NCBI GenBank assembly: GCA_044892525.1
Contig: CM097885.1
Coordinates: 12,960,001-13,024,000, forward strand
Length of the DNA: 64,000 nucleotides
Source: Schmidtea polychroa
Taxonomy: Eukaryota
Reading direction: 5' to 3'
Shown here: positions 14,482-58,214 of the stretch, in pieces
Numbering within the stretch: position 1 is the stretch's first letter
Layout: the number at the start of each line of letters is the position of its first letter
Program-made: the position numbers and the translations under genes
The notes under the pieces: generated by a model
The model's database searches: none
What the model was told of the DNA's origin: nothing
The model's input: only the letters and a program-made list of their open reading frames with translations

Positions 14482-16782
14482 AGTGTTTTTGTTTTTATTT
14501 GTAATTATAATAAAATAAAAGCGTGACTGATAATTATATTCAACATTTATAATGGAACAAGTCGTTTTAAAGTGGAACATGAAAAGAATTTATCGGCAAA
14601 CAGACAAGTGAAATTAGTGGTATGATTTGCGTCATTTATTTTTAGATATTTTTCTCACTTCCCATCAGCCATTGTAGCTGGTATATTTATTGAGAGAAAT
14701 CAAAGATGCCGCAGGTAACCGGATAAGAAAAATTGACTTCTTACAAAATTTACACATGTGCAATTAATGATTATTTGACAAATTTCTGTTAAGACACAGT
14801 TGCATTGGAATTTCAACACTTAGATAATTTGGCCCACAAAGCCTTCCATATTTTACTGCATTTCAGGGACATCTGATATTCATTTTCAAAACGATTTTAA
14901 ACCTGCGAAATTATATTCATTAAGTGAGACTTGTATTGAATATATTAAAAAGTTATGGTTATCGCCAGCCATTAACTAAATGCGTAAACTTTTCTTTTTT
15001 TTCATTTAACTTATTAACCACTTCAATCAAAAGGTTACCAGAAAATATCTCAGCCTTATTTGAGAAGCAATTGTCTTTTAATTTATCTCATCCTTTTCAA
15101 ATCTAATAAGAATAGCAAATTGAATTTTGACAGTCCCCATTTATTTCTGAGATTAATTCGTTACTGATTCTATCAATTATTGAAATTTTAATTAAATGAG
15201 CATTGGCTATGTCAAACCGAATAGTGTCAATGGCGCCATTTAAATTAAACTCGATCGATGGTTCATCTTTTAAGGAAGGTCCACCAATCTGATTTATATT
15301 ATATATATATATATATATATAATCATTATTTTTAGTATTTTATTCTTCGTCACTGATTATCATGACTGATAATAATTTCATCGTCAATGATCTCAATGAC
15401 TTCAGTTAAAATAATTTTAGTTGATATGTAAGTTTCCCTATTTTCAGCAGGTCTTTTATTTTTTGATGCAGTTAGTGGGTTACGTGTGGGGAAAATCTTT
15501 CATTTCTGAACGTTTATTTAGTCAGAACTTTCACTATGTTCGCGTTCTCTTACCAATCGTGCATAATTATTTTAAATGACCACTAAATGCCAGTCGCAAG
15601 CCCCGTTAGTGCCGTGATTTAGAGGATGGCTGTCAGAAAAAAGTGAGCTCTATTACAAGGACTACTAATGACTTGACGAGCCTCTGGGATCATGGGGTTC
15701 CATAGAAAGTGTTGCGCCAGTTCCTCTTGTCCCTTTAACGTTTTGACCTTCACTCAATCTCTTAGTCGTCTCCATTTTATCAATATTTATTTTACAAAAT
15801 ATTGATACTTAGTTTATTATTTAACCAGATTCGTTGTAATATGTTACTTTTTTCTAAGACGAAAGATTTTCTTAGGCCTGATAATGATGATAGCACCAAA
15901 CTTTGTTTGATTTGCATTCCTTATTTTATTGGTTTTAATATAGCTGTTTTAAAGGAAGCATTCTTTAAGTTTGGTTAATCTGTTCCAACTAACTCTAGAT
16001 GATTAGAACCAAAAAATATAATATTTTATTAATACAGCAACATCAGCTGTAGCAACATTTTAAAATAGCAATAATAATGTGTTTATTGATTTTCTTGGTC
16101 ATCCTGGCAATCGGTCTTCATTTCACGTATCCATCTCTACTAAAGATTTCCTGACCTGGGTTTACAAGGCTTCTTGATGACCGGAGCCACCGCTAGAATC
16201 CTTGTAATGAGAGCTGCAATTCCTGGGAACAGCTTTGTTTCTGAATTTAACGGTATTCACCCGACTCCTGCGATCGTGTGAGTTCCTCCACAGAGTTCTA
16301 TGATCTTTTGTGTCCGTTCCCAGATCGTAATCTTGAGATCTTGAATGATCCCCTGATTTTCGATTCGAGCCTTCAAAACAAAATAAAACTGCGTAGATTT
16401 CCCGAGGATTCCTGAATCTAAAATCATAAATGTATATCTCTAAAGTTATTATGAATGTTTTAAATTTACATAGCCAATATATTAATTCCCCTCCAAACTC
16501 CGTTCCATGTTCCTATCGATATGCTTTATTTTTGTTGTTGATTTTACTTTCATCACTGATCCACTTATCTAGCCTTCACCTTTGTCTTCTCTAACTATGT
16601 GTATTCCTGTATTTTTAGTTGAGTGAATCTATGACTCGATTCCACTTTCCGGTGAGAATTTCCGACGTGAAACGAAGTTTCGAGTCTTATCTACTGACCT
16701 CGCTCGAACTTCTTTCACCTGACCACCAAGAGTAGATCCAACTAAATCCGGGTATCTGTTGGTAAATTTCTATTTTGCCACT

Positions 16783-17108
16783 TGTGATATGATTCGATAT
16801 AATTAATAACAAATGAAAGAAATTATTATCATCGTATATTATTATTATTATGAATATTTGTGAATATCAAAAAACATCGATATCTTTATTGATTCATAAT
16901 TAATTTTTTTATAAATACAATTTTAATTAGTCATTATATGAAATATGTTTAAAGATAAAAACAATAAAAAGAAACCGTCTGATTTCGTAACTATCATCGC
17001 ATTTGCGTTGAAATGTCATTATTCGTAAACTAGTCTCGGAGTGATAACTTGCCCTCTCCGGGAGCTCTTCTAGAATACATATCGAATTTCCAACGTCTCA
17101 TTATCACA
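16783..17108 (-). mobile_element. Probable LTR (326 bp) with PBS-like sequence and decayed internal region to its left
   Basis: TGTGATA...TATCACA termini. On the minus strand it is followed by AGTGGCAAAATAG (TGG-type PBS position), then a GC-richer decayed region at ~15200-16750. Confidence 0.45.
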
Positions 17109-18561
17109 TAATACAACCCAATACATCACTGAAACTGAAATATTTATTAGTTATAATATACAACCATGAACTTTGGAATTTTTTTTCAATAATGGATCTT
17201 CATCTTAGGTCTTATCTGTCTTATTCATCTATATTACTTACGCCAATAAAAGGAATTCATTAGCTTCAAAGATGAGACATGAGTAAACAATTTATTAAAA
17301 TGGCTATAGAAATTTCATATTAATTGAAAATAATTTGCGAACATGAACACAAATATGATAAGTATTCGTGAAACCTTACTAAGATCTCGCTAGTACTTCT
17401 GCAATGATTTAAAATTCGAGTAATTTCCTCCTCTCGAACTGATGAGCTTTGGTAAAGTCTTTACTGCTCTTCCGTCGATTCCAAAGTAAAATTTGTCGAT
17501 TGCTTTACTCTGAATCGGCTTCTATATTCCTTGCTTTAATTATTTTCCTTCTTGTTTGTATTGTTTGGAAGTATCACCCTTGTTTAATTTTAGATTTTTG
17601 GAATTAATTGAGTGGCGCTTCGACAGTTTTTTTGATAGAGTTTTCCTTTAATCAGCTTCTTCTTGTGTGGTTTCCTGTTAGTTTAGTCTAATAGTTGGTA
17701 GAGTTGTAGTTTCCATTTGTTGAAGTTTCTGATTTTGTATTTTGTTGGTGTTCTTGTTATTTTGTGAGTGTTTCTTTTATTCCTGGACTCCTTAGTAGGA
17801 AGTTAGTAGCTACCCGCAGCAACCCCCCCCTAGAAAGAAATTGCTGCAACTAGTTTATTTTGCTTTTTTGATTACATAATTGTTGCAGGAAGCTACTCAT
17901 ATTTTTTTTCAATACAAATAAAAGTCCTATAGAAAAACGGTAAAAAAAATCAAATTTTATTTCAAAAAACAGACTGCCGGTTAGGGCTGAAGAGGAGAAA
18001 TTCTCAACCCTTAGGATTCCAAATTTCTTATTCTATTCAACTATGAACGACAAGCCGGGACTCAATCTTTAGAACTTGGTTTCGCATAGATTTCGATCCA
18101 TTAGGTAAGTAATAGGATAAACATGGCAAGCCATGGCCTTTGGGATTTGTTCAGCTTTGGTTATAGGGGATATCATCATAGGTCCCTGTTAACATAGGGC
18201 ATCAGTTTCATAAGGACATCAGCAGAGTCATCAGTATCATCTTGGTAGGCTGTATAGTAGAGACGTCGTCAATCTCATCGATTTAGGAATCAATCCATTG
18301 ATAGGATGGTTTAAGAATTGTCTAGGAATTATTAACATTTTTTGGAGTAGAAAGTCTCCCAATGCGAAGTTTATAACGAAAATATTAATTTACTTATTAT
18401 AATAGTTATAAACAAAGGTGGTTAAGGTGGGTTTTTTTATAATACATATATAAAGTCATAAAAATTATAGACTCATCTTGGGGCAGAATCCCTACGAGGA
18501 TTCTTAAATTTACCCAAAGAGAGTGAGAGTAAGTATGTACACAAATAAATTATACTTTATC

Positions 18562-18634
<73 letters not shown>

Positions 18635-18637
<3 letters not shown>

Positions 18638-21163
18638 GGTGGAGCTTAAAAAATAAAAAAAAATAAAAAAATAATTTTTGAAAGTCTTACCCCCCTAATC
18701 TGTTCCTTATGGTATAGAAACACTGTATAAAAAGTTTAAGCAATAAATTTTTATGTTTAGAGGTAGCTCAAGTGCCTGAAATATGATAAAATTTTTGTAA
18801 ATTCAACAAATTCTGATTCTATTTTATTTTTTTGCAAACTTCAGTGTTACACACATAGACATTATTAGTGAAATGTTTCTTTAGCTTCTGACACAAACAA
18901 TCTGTAAATGTCCAGCAAACTTGAAATTAACTGTTATTATGTAAACCCAGAGATGGCGGACAGAGTCTTTTTCCTTCTGTCGGGATACATTTTGCGATGG
19001 TCCTGGACAACTTGCAGCAAGAATTGAAGTTGTGTTTCATCACGGGTGATTAATCCACTGTATTCCTGAATGAGGGCCACTCCACGCTCAGCATGGTCAT
19101 TTACAACTTTTAGAGATGTAACTGTTTCTGCAGCTTGTTTGTAATCATCTCTGTCTCCCCACAAGTCTGGGTCAACTGCAAGAAATCCATCTGGCAGTTC
19201 AAGCTGTTGAAGCAGAATCATTGATTTAGCTGTGACAAAATCTTCCAAGTTTTTCTCTTTGAATGAACCAAGAGCAACTGTGATACGTTTGCAATGATCA
19301 GAATCCTGGTTTTCATCATTTTGCATGGCACTCACCATCAGTCGTTTGGTTGACGAACTGACCCAACTGTCGAAAAAAGCCAAGCTTACCAGTTTCTCAG
19401 ATAAGTACCACAAATGATTTGCAAACTTGCGAGATGTTGCCTTTGAAATGGCCGCATGTATTGATGAGTACTCGAGCAGCGACTTCAGCAGCAGCAAGTC
19501 ACTGAATGGAGCACCTGCTGCTTGAGGTGCAGATATCCAAGCTTTCAGGTATACTCGTACTGCAAATACACAAACATCACGCAACCCTCGCTCTTCTGCA
19601 GTAGTCAGCTTGAACTGCGCCTTGAACATCCAAATTTTTAGGCTGTATATCACCTTGGACATCCAACGAGCATGGTGCATTGCACCAGGTGCCATGAACC
19701 GTACACCTCTGGGAGGAGCAACACCGAGGAAGACAATTACAAGTTCCAAGAATTCTTTATAGTCATCTCTCGGCTGACTCTGTTCAAGATACTTGTTGGC
19801 ATAATCGACGGTGTCTTGCTTTATATCCTCCAGTAAACTTGCCTCCTGCAGCATCATCACTCAGATTTTCTCCACTTTTCATGTTTCCACCATCTAAGCT
19901 GGTTTCAGAAGATGACGATATCAGTTCAGCGGTAGAAGCTGCTAACTGCTTCACTTGCTCCATTCGCTGTCGCCTCGCAAGCATTTGCTCATCTCGTTCA
20001 AATGATCTTTTCTCCTTAGCAGCAAGTTTTTCATCTGCACCAGTCATCGACCCCCTTCTTCCTTTTTCTCTCTGGGCTAACAAGAAATTTTTATCTTCCT
20101 GTAGTACCGAGGGGCTGGTCAGTGCATCAGCATGAGCAAGATCAAAGAGATCTTCGAGCTTGGAACTAAAAGCTGATTCTCTCGCTAGTTGAGTTGCTGA
20201 TAATCGTGCCTTGTTCTTTTTCAGAAGACGCCATTCTTCAAATGCATGCTCAACCTTGGTTTGGCAGTTTTGATGATCTCTCATCGGGATCCTCGCTTTC
20301 TGCCAAAACTTCGATACTTCTGTAATGGTAACAGCCAATGATTGTCTTATTGTCTCTTTCAGTTCCAGATGGTGATGTAGGAAGAGTCCAAGAGCCATAC
20401 GTAAAGATGGCAGCTTGCTGCCACGTAACTGAGTCACGGAATCGCCAAGAAGATACAACTCAGTTTGAGATCGTGTTGCTTTTGCAACTGATGACATTTT
20501 CTTACAGAAATGAATCTGAAATGAATATTATAAAAATAGCATTGACTTTGGAATCATGGATTGATATGTTAATTTGAATAATTGTATTACAAAATTCACA
20601 TTTACTTATCTAACTAATCTATATCTTCATTTAATTACTATTCACACTTAAACATTGAAAATAATATTCAATATTCAAATAACATTCAACTAACTTACCA
20701 GCAGCTATAGATTCAGGAAGGCTTGCTTCACTTCAGTGGCCTACCAGCAATTTAATGCTCACTTTAATAGTAGTGTTATCAACTGTTTACAATTTAAATT
20801 TATAAACACATTTGTCAAACTCCTGCAATAGCCAGTCCACACAGTAAACATACTAAACAAGTCTGATCATGCCTGGACTATGAAGAATTTGTGTTAATTG
20901 TATATTGTAAAAATAGGATTGAAATGTTGTATGATTATCAGAGTCTGAGAAAGTCTCAATTTACTTAGTTCTCAGTTACTATAGTAAAGTACCGTAAATA
21001 AATGGGCGGCCGCTGCTTAAGAGTATCAGAAACTTCTCTGTCCTTGAGCTACCCCTAAATATTGTTCAATTGTGTTCATATTTTGCCTGAATTTTTCTTT
21101 CATATATAGGAACAGAATGGGAGGGTAAGGTAATATTTTGAAAGTTCAAAAATAAGCTCCACC

Positions 21164-21166
<3 letters not shown>
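18635..21166 (-). mobile_element. hATm-type DNA transposon, internal-deletion derivative, inserted in (TA)n
   Basis: 13-bp TIRs TAGGGTGGAGCTT / AAGCTCCACCCTA, inverted subterminal motifs (GGTAGCTCAAG / CTTGAGCTACC), and (TA)n on both flanks. Confidence 0.85.
18937..20497 (-). pseudogene. hATm-like transposase split into two frames (19784-20497 N-terminal, 18937-19860 C-terminal)
   Basis: Motifs GSKLPS, LFDLAHADAL, QPRDDYKEFLEL, GAMHHARWMSK, HLWYLSE, VVNDHAERGVALIQEY. The central HWDGK/FDTT/CRHH region expected in this family is not seen. Confidence 0.8.
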
Positions 21167-21209
<43 letters not shown>

Positions 21210-22470
21210 TCGCCCTCACAGTTCTTATCGACCTATGAGTAGAGAACAAATTCATCTTGAATGAACATTTTCAAATAATATTTTCATTTATTTCATTAAC
21301 ACCTACACATTTCCTTAAGAAATGAATTCATAATTGAATTCTTTTAACAAACTCTTTAATTTTAACTTGACCTTATCATTGTGATTATTCTTTCTCTCAT
21401 TTGAATCTTCAAAATTTTAAATTAACTTCTCTAATATCATTATTTTTACAAAAGTTGGTTGAAGTACAAAATTTTAGAAAATTTATCTTTCTGTTTTTTC
21501 TTAGTTTTTATTGTTTTCTGATAACTTACTGTCATTAATAGAAAATGACTAATTTTTACCCCTTTCTTGAATACTTTCGCTTTCGAATTCATGAAATAAC
21601 TAACAGCAAGATGTAATTTCACCCATTTCACTTTCAGTATGTTTTGACGAAAGAATTACTGGAATTTCTCATTGCTATGGAACTCTTTTTCTGATCTCTG
21701 ATCACGTTATGTAATTCTAATTTTTCAATGCTCTTACCTAAATCTTTGGATTTTGAACATAGTTCAGTTTCATTAACAGATTATGTTGATAATTCTTATT
21801 TGTCAGTTATATTCTTGGTTAACATTTATAATTTTAAATAAATTTATATCTTTATAAAAGAAAACTCTTGCAAACTTCTCCTGTAGTTAAAAAACCATTT
21901 TATTGATACTTTAACACAAAAATTTAAATAATTATTTTATAAATACATAAATTGGTTGGTATACTTTTTAACTTTGGCAGGGTCATGACATTTAACATTT
22001 ATTTTTGCAAGTCTTGCCAGCGTTTTCTTGTCGTTTGAAATCTTTAATTAGGCAGGGTTTCCAAATACGGCAAACTTCTGTGAGATTTCGCCCGGAACTC
22101 GCCAGAAGTAGTATAGACATTGTGATCCTTTCTTATTTTTTTATACAAGCTCATTTAAATTTGTTTCATATAAAAATATTTTTATGTTGCTCCACTTTTC
22201 CTTTCATATAAAAACTATTTAGTAAACAGTTGACAATAGTTGAATGAAGTAGATTCTTCCATGTTAGAATACAGACAAGTGGATAATTACAAACTTTCTT
22301 TTTTCACAAAATAAAGATTCTACTTGCTTAGTTAATTTTAAATTTACGAAAGATTTTATAAACTACACTGAGCGCTTTCTGATATAAAAAAATGATACTA
22401 ACTCAGAAAAGATAAAAAACGCAAATTAGAAATTTCTTTATTGCAAATAGGAACTCTTGTTTCTTTGCTT

Positions 22471-23429
22471 TGTTGAGGTTTTAAAAGTAAATTATTAAAT
22501 TATATAGTTCAGATTAAAAGGGAATCCGAAATTGAATGGCGGTCAAGCAGAGAAGCAATGGCAAAGAAAGATATGATAAAAACAGAACTGTAAAAGGGTA
22601 CAATCAGATATGAAATGCGAAAATGCGCAAACCTGAGGAAGTGGAATAAAGTGAAAAGTTATCGAAATTGAAGCTGGAAAACGGGAGAGGGGTAGATTAG
22701 GGGATGCTGAAAAGGACAGTGAGCAAGAAATTGTTAGAAAATATTTAGAAAGGGTCGTAAAACAGACAAATGTGGAAAAACGTAAAATATTAATTAATTT
22801 ATTTATTGGCTAATGGGAAACCCGAGCTAATGGAAAGCCCGAACCAATGGAGAACCCGAGCGATGAAGAAAACCCGAGCACGGCAATTTGGAAGGGTAAA
22901 CAAACAAGGAATTCAGAGGGCAATTATCCAAACAGCCGGATAAACGAGGGTAAACAAAATAAGGGGAATTACGAAGAGGGTCAACAGAAATAGCCAATTA
23001 GGGAATGACAACTAAAGAAGTCAAAACCAATTAGGTCAAAAATGGAGCAATTACAACGATTATGGGAGTATATAAGGAAACACAAAATTCACATAATCGG
23101 CGATAGCCTTAGGTAGGGAAGAAGAAACCGACATTAGGAGTTAGAGGAATAGAATAAAAGGAGAAAAAGAATTATAGGAAAAACTGAAGAGTTAGATAAG
23201 GAGTGTCAAAAGGGATTGGATCAGAGAGTGGAACTAAATTTTTTAATCGTACAAGGTTGAGACCTTCCAGAACGGAGTCTGATCTGAAATTGTGGTTGAC
23301 CAACTGTGTAATTAATTGTGAGAGTTGTAAATTTTTTTAAAATATACGTTGGGAGTTTGTGTTTATTGATTTTGGAACACGTGGAGTCAGGGTAACCAAC
23401 GGTTGATTTTGATATCATAAAACACAACA
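22471..23429 (+). mobile_element. Solo LTR (~960 bp)
   Basis: TGTTGAGGTTTT...AAAACACAACA termini, 4-bp TSD GCTT/TCTT (3/4), TATA-like TATATAA at ~23069. Shares the 3' motif AACACG.GGAGTCAG with the next LTR. Confidence 0.6.
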
Positions 23430-23742
23430 TCTTTATATTTTATCACGAGGTCAAAATTAGTGTTAATCAAAATCAGGAAGTCAGTTACTGTCTTATTTCT
23501 TAGCAAGACATTATACCGTATATGCTTTACACTGACAACCAATTTTCTGCTGTTTCCCCTATTTGTTTTCATCAATACTTTTCTTAAATCCATTGACAAT
23601 TGGAATTTTTTATAATTTTTCATATTTTAAATAGAAATTTCAAAATTCATATACGAATTTGGATTTATCTGTCCCACCGATTTAAGCTATCACACTGGCT
23701 TATTACAAAATAACCAAATGAATTTAGTTCCTAGGACATTAT

Positions 23743-24531
<789 letters not shown>

Positions 24532-24847
24532 TTATTAAAACCTCTCAATTTATTAAAAATATGTAACGCATCCATCGAATTAGAGTAGAAAATTCTGTGA
24601 ATGGTAGAATCAAAAGCATGCAAAAGAGATCAACCACTTTGGACACAGGTTAAATCGACACGCTCCGAAACCATTCCAAATACTAAATCAAGTAAATACA
24701 CATAATACCAAATCAAACAATATGTGAGCAATATCGAGTTGGCAAATAGAATCTAATCTACTGTTTAAATTTTACTGAGCCATTATTTCTTTTGGTGCTT
24801 TGACTGGTGCTTCTGGAAAATGAATCAATAAATTTCCGATTAACAAA

Positions 24848-54038
<29,191 letters not shown>

Positions 54039-54476
54039 AATTTGCTAAAAAATTAATTCTTCACAATTTAGAATTACAAATATTAAAACACAATGCAAAT
54101 TATAAATTTAACGTTATTAAAGAATTAAAATTAATAATTTATAATTTCTTAATGTTTGAAAACTCTTAAATTTTATCAGTTAATTTTGTATTAAACTTTT
54201 TTTTTCGAAACAAGTGATTTTAGTTGGTATTGGTAGTCGATAAAGATAAGCATTAATATAAAGCATATTTAATGTAAGCTTCGTTTGGTAGCAAACGTTG
54301 AGACAAACACAAATATACTAATATGAAACTGATGTGGGTCACCTAAAAAAGATTTTCAATAAATACAAATTAATAAAAAATAAATGAATAATTTATTCTG
54401 TATGAAGGAAGTCCGAGCCATGTAGAAAACCCGAGTGATAAACAAGTGGATAATATAATTAGGCTTTCTATCATAA

Positions 54477-55936
54477 TGTGGTTAGTGCAAAGAGTCGATT
54501 AAATTCTTTTTATTTTTTATAGGAGCGGAACATTTATTGAACAGATCATTTTATAAACTAGGAAATTTGATTATTATATGTGGATTTTGAATCGACTCCT
54601 TCCTAAACGCTTTCATGATTATTGTACTTTATTTCATATTTGTACCCATGGCGATTACCATGTTGGTGCTGTACACAATGGTTGAAAATTCATGAGCAGG
54701 TGTGCTCTACTGCTAAAACTACTCATGATATTTTCATTTTCGGGTTCTGGACTACCGATAGAAAGTCTTACGTCATTGTTCATTATCTATTCTTTTGTTA
54801 GATTATTGTCTTTTAGTCATTTAAATGTGTTCCTCATTTCTGGATGTCTTCTAATGTTCTCTTCAAAGATTTTTGGCAGGTATCCACCGTTATTTCTAAG
54901 TTTAAAAATATTATTTAATACTTTCTATAATACTTGGAAATACTCAACTTATCCTTCAAAATATTTGAGCGGGGGTCTGCCTATGTTTCCACTTCCAACA
55001 GATTTTAATTACCTCGGATTCTCTAACATTACCCAAACAGAAGCTCTTCCATTTACCATTGATCACACCTTTCTGATTCTAAATTAACTCACAAAAATTC
55101 ATAAATATAACAGTGACGGGCCCATCGGAGACCTTCCGAATGGATCCATTCAACCGAAAAGGTGGAAAACTCAGTTTGATCCATCTCGATGTGAATACGT
55201 GAGGTATCTGCATGGAATTATCTCCATAAATGTTATTTTCCATTGTTTTTGTGATTTATCTTTGTAAAAATTCACATTTTACTTTCTCAATTATTTTTTC
55301 TATAATTTTTGCCTGTTGTTTTTTGATCAACTTTACGTTTATTTTTACATACTTTCAATAAAATTTCATATTTTCTTTCTGATACTTAGCCTATTTAATT
55401 TTTCTTTTTCACATGCATGGTTAGTCTTTTTCCATAGCCGACCGCATGAGGAGATGGATCGGTGATAGAAATACCTGGAGAAGTAACTGATTGGATTGTC
55501 TACTTATCGCACCTATTCCAGACCCCTTAGTTACCAGGGATAGAATTTTACTACCAAAGGTCGTTCAATAATAATTTTAATAACTTGAAATGCAAGCTGC
55601 TTATTATTGTGTCTTTTGACTTGTTTTAACTTTATTTTGTTATAATTTTCCTAATTTTGCTTGTTTTAATTCATCTATAATGTTTGCCTATATTGTTTGA
55701 ATTTTTTGCGTTTTCTTACTGTTATGTTATCGTACTAGATGAACAAAACAATATAAAAATTAGTATTTGCCCATCAGTAATAAAATAATTTATTAATAAA
55801 TTTATTGTTGTGGTTCAGTTCTATTTATTAAATTTTAAGAATTTTCTAATTATAATATAAATATTTTTTTATTTTAATTATTATTTTTATTTAATTATTT
55901 TTATTTATTTTAATTATTATTCTGATTTCACTAACA
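54477..55936 (-). mobile_element. LTR-like element D, short ORF-less relative of A/B/C, reverse orientation
   Basis: 54580-54780 is a diverged reverse complement of 63680-63870. The right end CTAACA reads TGTTAG on the minus strand. The left boundary is uncertain (54477 or 54333) and the TSD is unresolved. Confidence 0.55.
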
Positions 55937-56058
55937 TGATGTTATAGTAAAATTTTATTGCGGAATACCTTTTGGGGTTCTTTTTTAATGCTTATTTTTA
56001 AAACTTTTGTTATTTGAAGAATAAAATTGAAAGTTTTAGAAATGTATTTAAAGTTAAA

Positions 56059-57075
56059 TTAATCGAAATTTAAATGTTTGTCGGGATGAATTCCATAATT
56101 GAGTTTATTTTCTTCAAAAAGATCATTTAGTGATTCTAAATATTTAGCATGCAATTTTTCAACGGTTTCTTTTGATGGATTTGTTTCTTTTTCTACATCT
56201 ATGGGTTTTCCAATGACAGTTGTTAAGGGCTTTCTATAAGGCATCATTCCAAAAGTATAATTGAAAATTCCTCTTCCGTGATAAAGAGGAGGACTAATAT
56301 GAAATAACCTCTTGTAACATTCTTGAAATTTTCTCAATTTGGATCCTTTGGGATTAGGGTATTGATGAAATAGTTCGTTTTCATGAAATCCAAAACATGG
56401 TACTAAAGAAGAGCCGGTTTCTAAAGCTACTTTTATAAAACCTTTCCTATTTTTTAATGTTAAAGTGTAACTTTCAGGCCTTGCTTCTAAGGCTTCTTCT
56501 GATCCACCAACTACAAGTACTATGGCGTTTCCTAAACCACATTTTGTGAGTAAATAGTATAAACTTTCTTTACTCACATCACACACGCCGAACGCCAAAA
56601 TATACTCACGTAAAATAGGAAAATAGAAATTAGTAACCAATGTCAATATTGTCGGCTTAATACCTGGAAATATCTTTGAAAACCCAGTGGCACCTGTACA
56701 AAAGTTACAAAATGCACTGCAAACTAAAATTCCGTGAGGATGATAGCCAAAAATATAATTTTTGTTGGGATTTAATTCTGCTGTTTTGACGAGGCTAATA
56801 GGAAAATAATCTCGATAATATTCCCATAATTTTAGATTTTTCAACCATTTAACAGGACGACCACCTGTTTTTTGGGTATCAGAATCGTAATATACCCATA
56901 GAATATAGAGTACAGATAAAGCCCAATACGATGTAAAAAATCCATATATTAGAACAGTTAAACAAAAAAAAGGCATCACCAGTGACGTAACAAACCATTG
57001 AGCAACTGCAAAAGTTTGAATTCTTCTTTCGAACGGAATGAATAAAGGTGCAAATTCGATTCCTAGTAATTTCAT
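56059..57075 (-). CDS. Diacylglycerol/2-acylglycerol O-acyltransferase (DGAT2/MOGAT family), 338 aa, intronless
   Basis: Intact ORF with N-terminal EFAPL..P.ERRIQT, a hydrophobic segment, YFP, HPHG catalytic motif, VVGG.EEAL, RKGFIKVALETG and YL..L..LFEE.K. Confidence 0.95.
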   Translation of the reverse strand: MKLLGIEFAPLFIPFERRIQTFAVAQWFVTSLVMPFFCLTVLIYGFFTSYWALSVLYILWVYYDSDTQKTGGRPVKWLKNLKLWEYYRDYFPISLVKTAELNPNKNYIFGYHPHGILVCSAFCNFCTGATGFSKIFPGIKPTILTLVTNFYFPILREYILAFGVCDVSKESLYYLLTKCGLGNAIVLVVGGSEEALEARPESYTLTLKNRKGFIKVALETGSSLVPCFGFHENELFHQYPNPKGSKLRKFQECYKRLFHISPPLYHGRGIFNYTFGMMPYRKPLTTVIGKPIDVEKETNPSKETVEKLHAKYLESLNDLFEENKLNYGIHPDKHLNFD

Positions 57076-57449
57076 TGTGCATCAATTGACATTTCTAAAT
57101 GACATTAATTTATTTATTTATTAATGAGTTACTACGTTGTCCACGCGTTGAACTTTAGACCTTTCAATTCAACAACAACATTTGATAAAAAATTAGACTT
57201 AAATTATTCATATAAACCAAGATTGATAAAGTCACATTTAAAAATATTTAATTTGAAATCCTATTTTTTCCATTTTTGTATATTTTGAAACGCGGTGTCC
57301 TAGTCTATTTTGTTGGAAATTTGCTCTAAATTTTATCACTGGTCAAAGTTCAAAAGTCATTCAAACGGTTATTTTACAAAGATTTAAAGTGCAAATAAAT
57401 AGTAAATAATCATTAATTTTCATTAAGTTTAAATGTCATTTAAAAGTTA

Positions 57450-57575
<126 letters not shown>

Positions 57576-58214
57576 TATTTATTAAAAGGTTTGTCTATGA
57601 ATCATTAAATAAATCGATGTTTTTGATATATTACTGATTCTTAGTCAAGCTTTTTAATAAATACAATGTGAATTGAAAAGAAATCAGTGGTGAAATTTGA
57701 AAGAAATTATTATTATTATTATTATTATATTTATTAAACAATTAAATAGTAATTTAAACCCTTTGCTGCGAATAATATATTTAATATATTATACAGAAGG
57801 CTTAGATTATTATTTAATTAATGATGCTAACAAGAATCATCACGTTATATATTATTATTATTATTATTATTATTGCAGTAGTATGGGTGTAATATTTTTG
57901 TCGGATGTCTAATACTTTATTAAAATAAACAACTCAATCTTGTGTGTGATATGCAGTGCATATCCAAATAGTTGATTAGTTTAGAGCTTTTGGCTCTCAT
58001 CAATACTATGCTGGAGACGGAAAGATTTCTCTTCAAATTACATAGCTATACAACAATGTTAAATGAACTTCATGGTATACTTTACCTGGTCCACTGTATA
58101 TCAAATTGCTTGCTTTTTAGCTTGGTCATCTTCACTGTGTATCACAAACAAAACTTTCATTGTTTATATTATTATTATTTGATTTTATGCATTATAAATT
58201 TAAATAAATTTTGC

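Noticed and set aside
17805..17897. Short imperfect inverted repeat starting AGTAGC
   Set aside because: 14/17 match and no TSD found; too weak to call.
19839..20577. Plus-strand ORFs over the hATm transposase (similarly 46577-47080, 50097-50834 and 61430-61627 antisense to real ORFs)
   Set aside because: Antisense shadows of genuine coding sequence.
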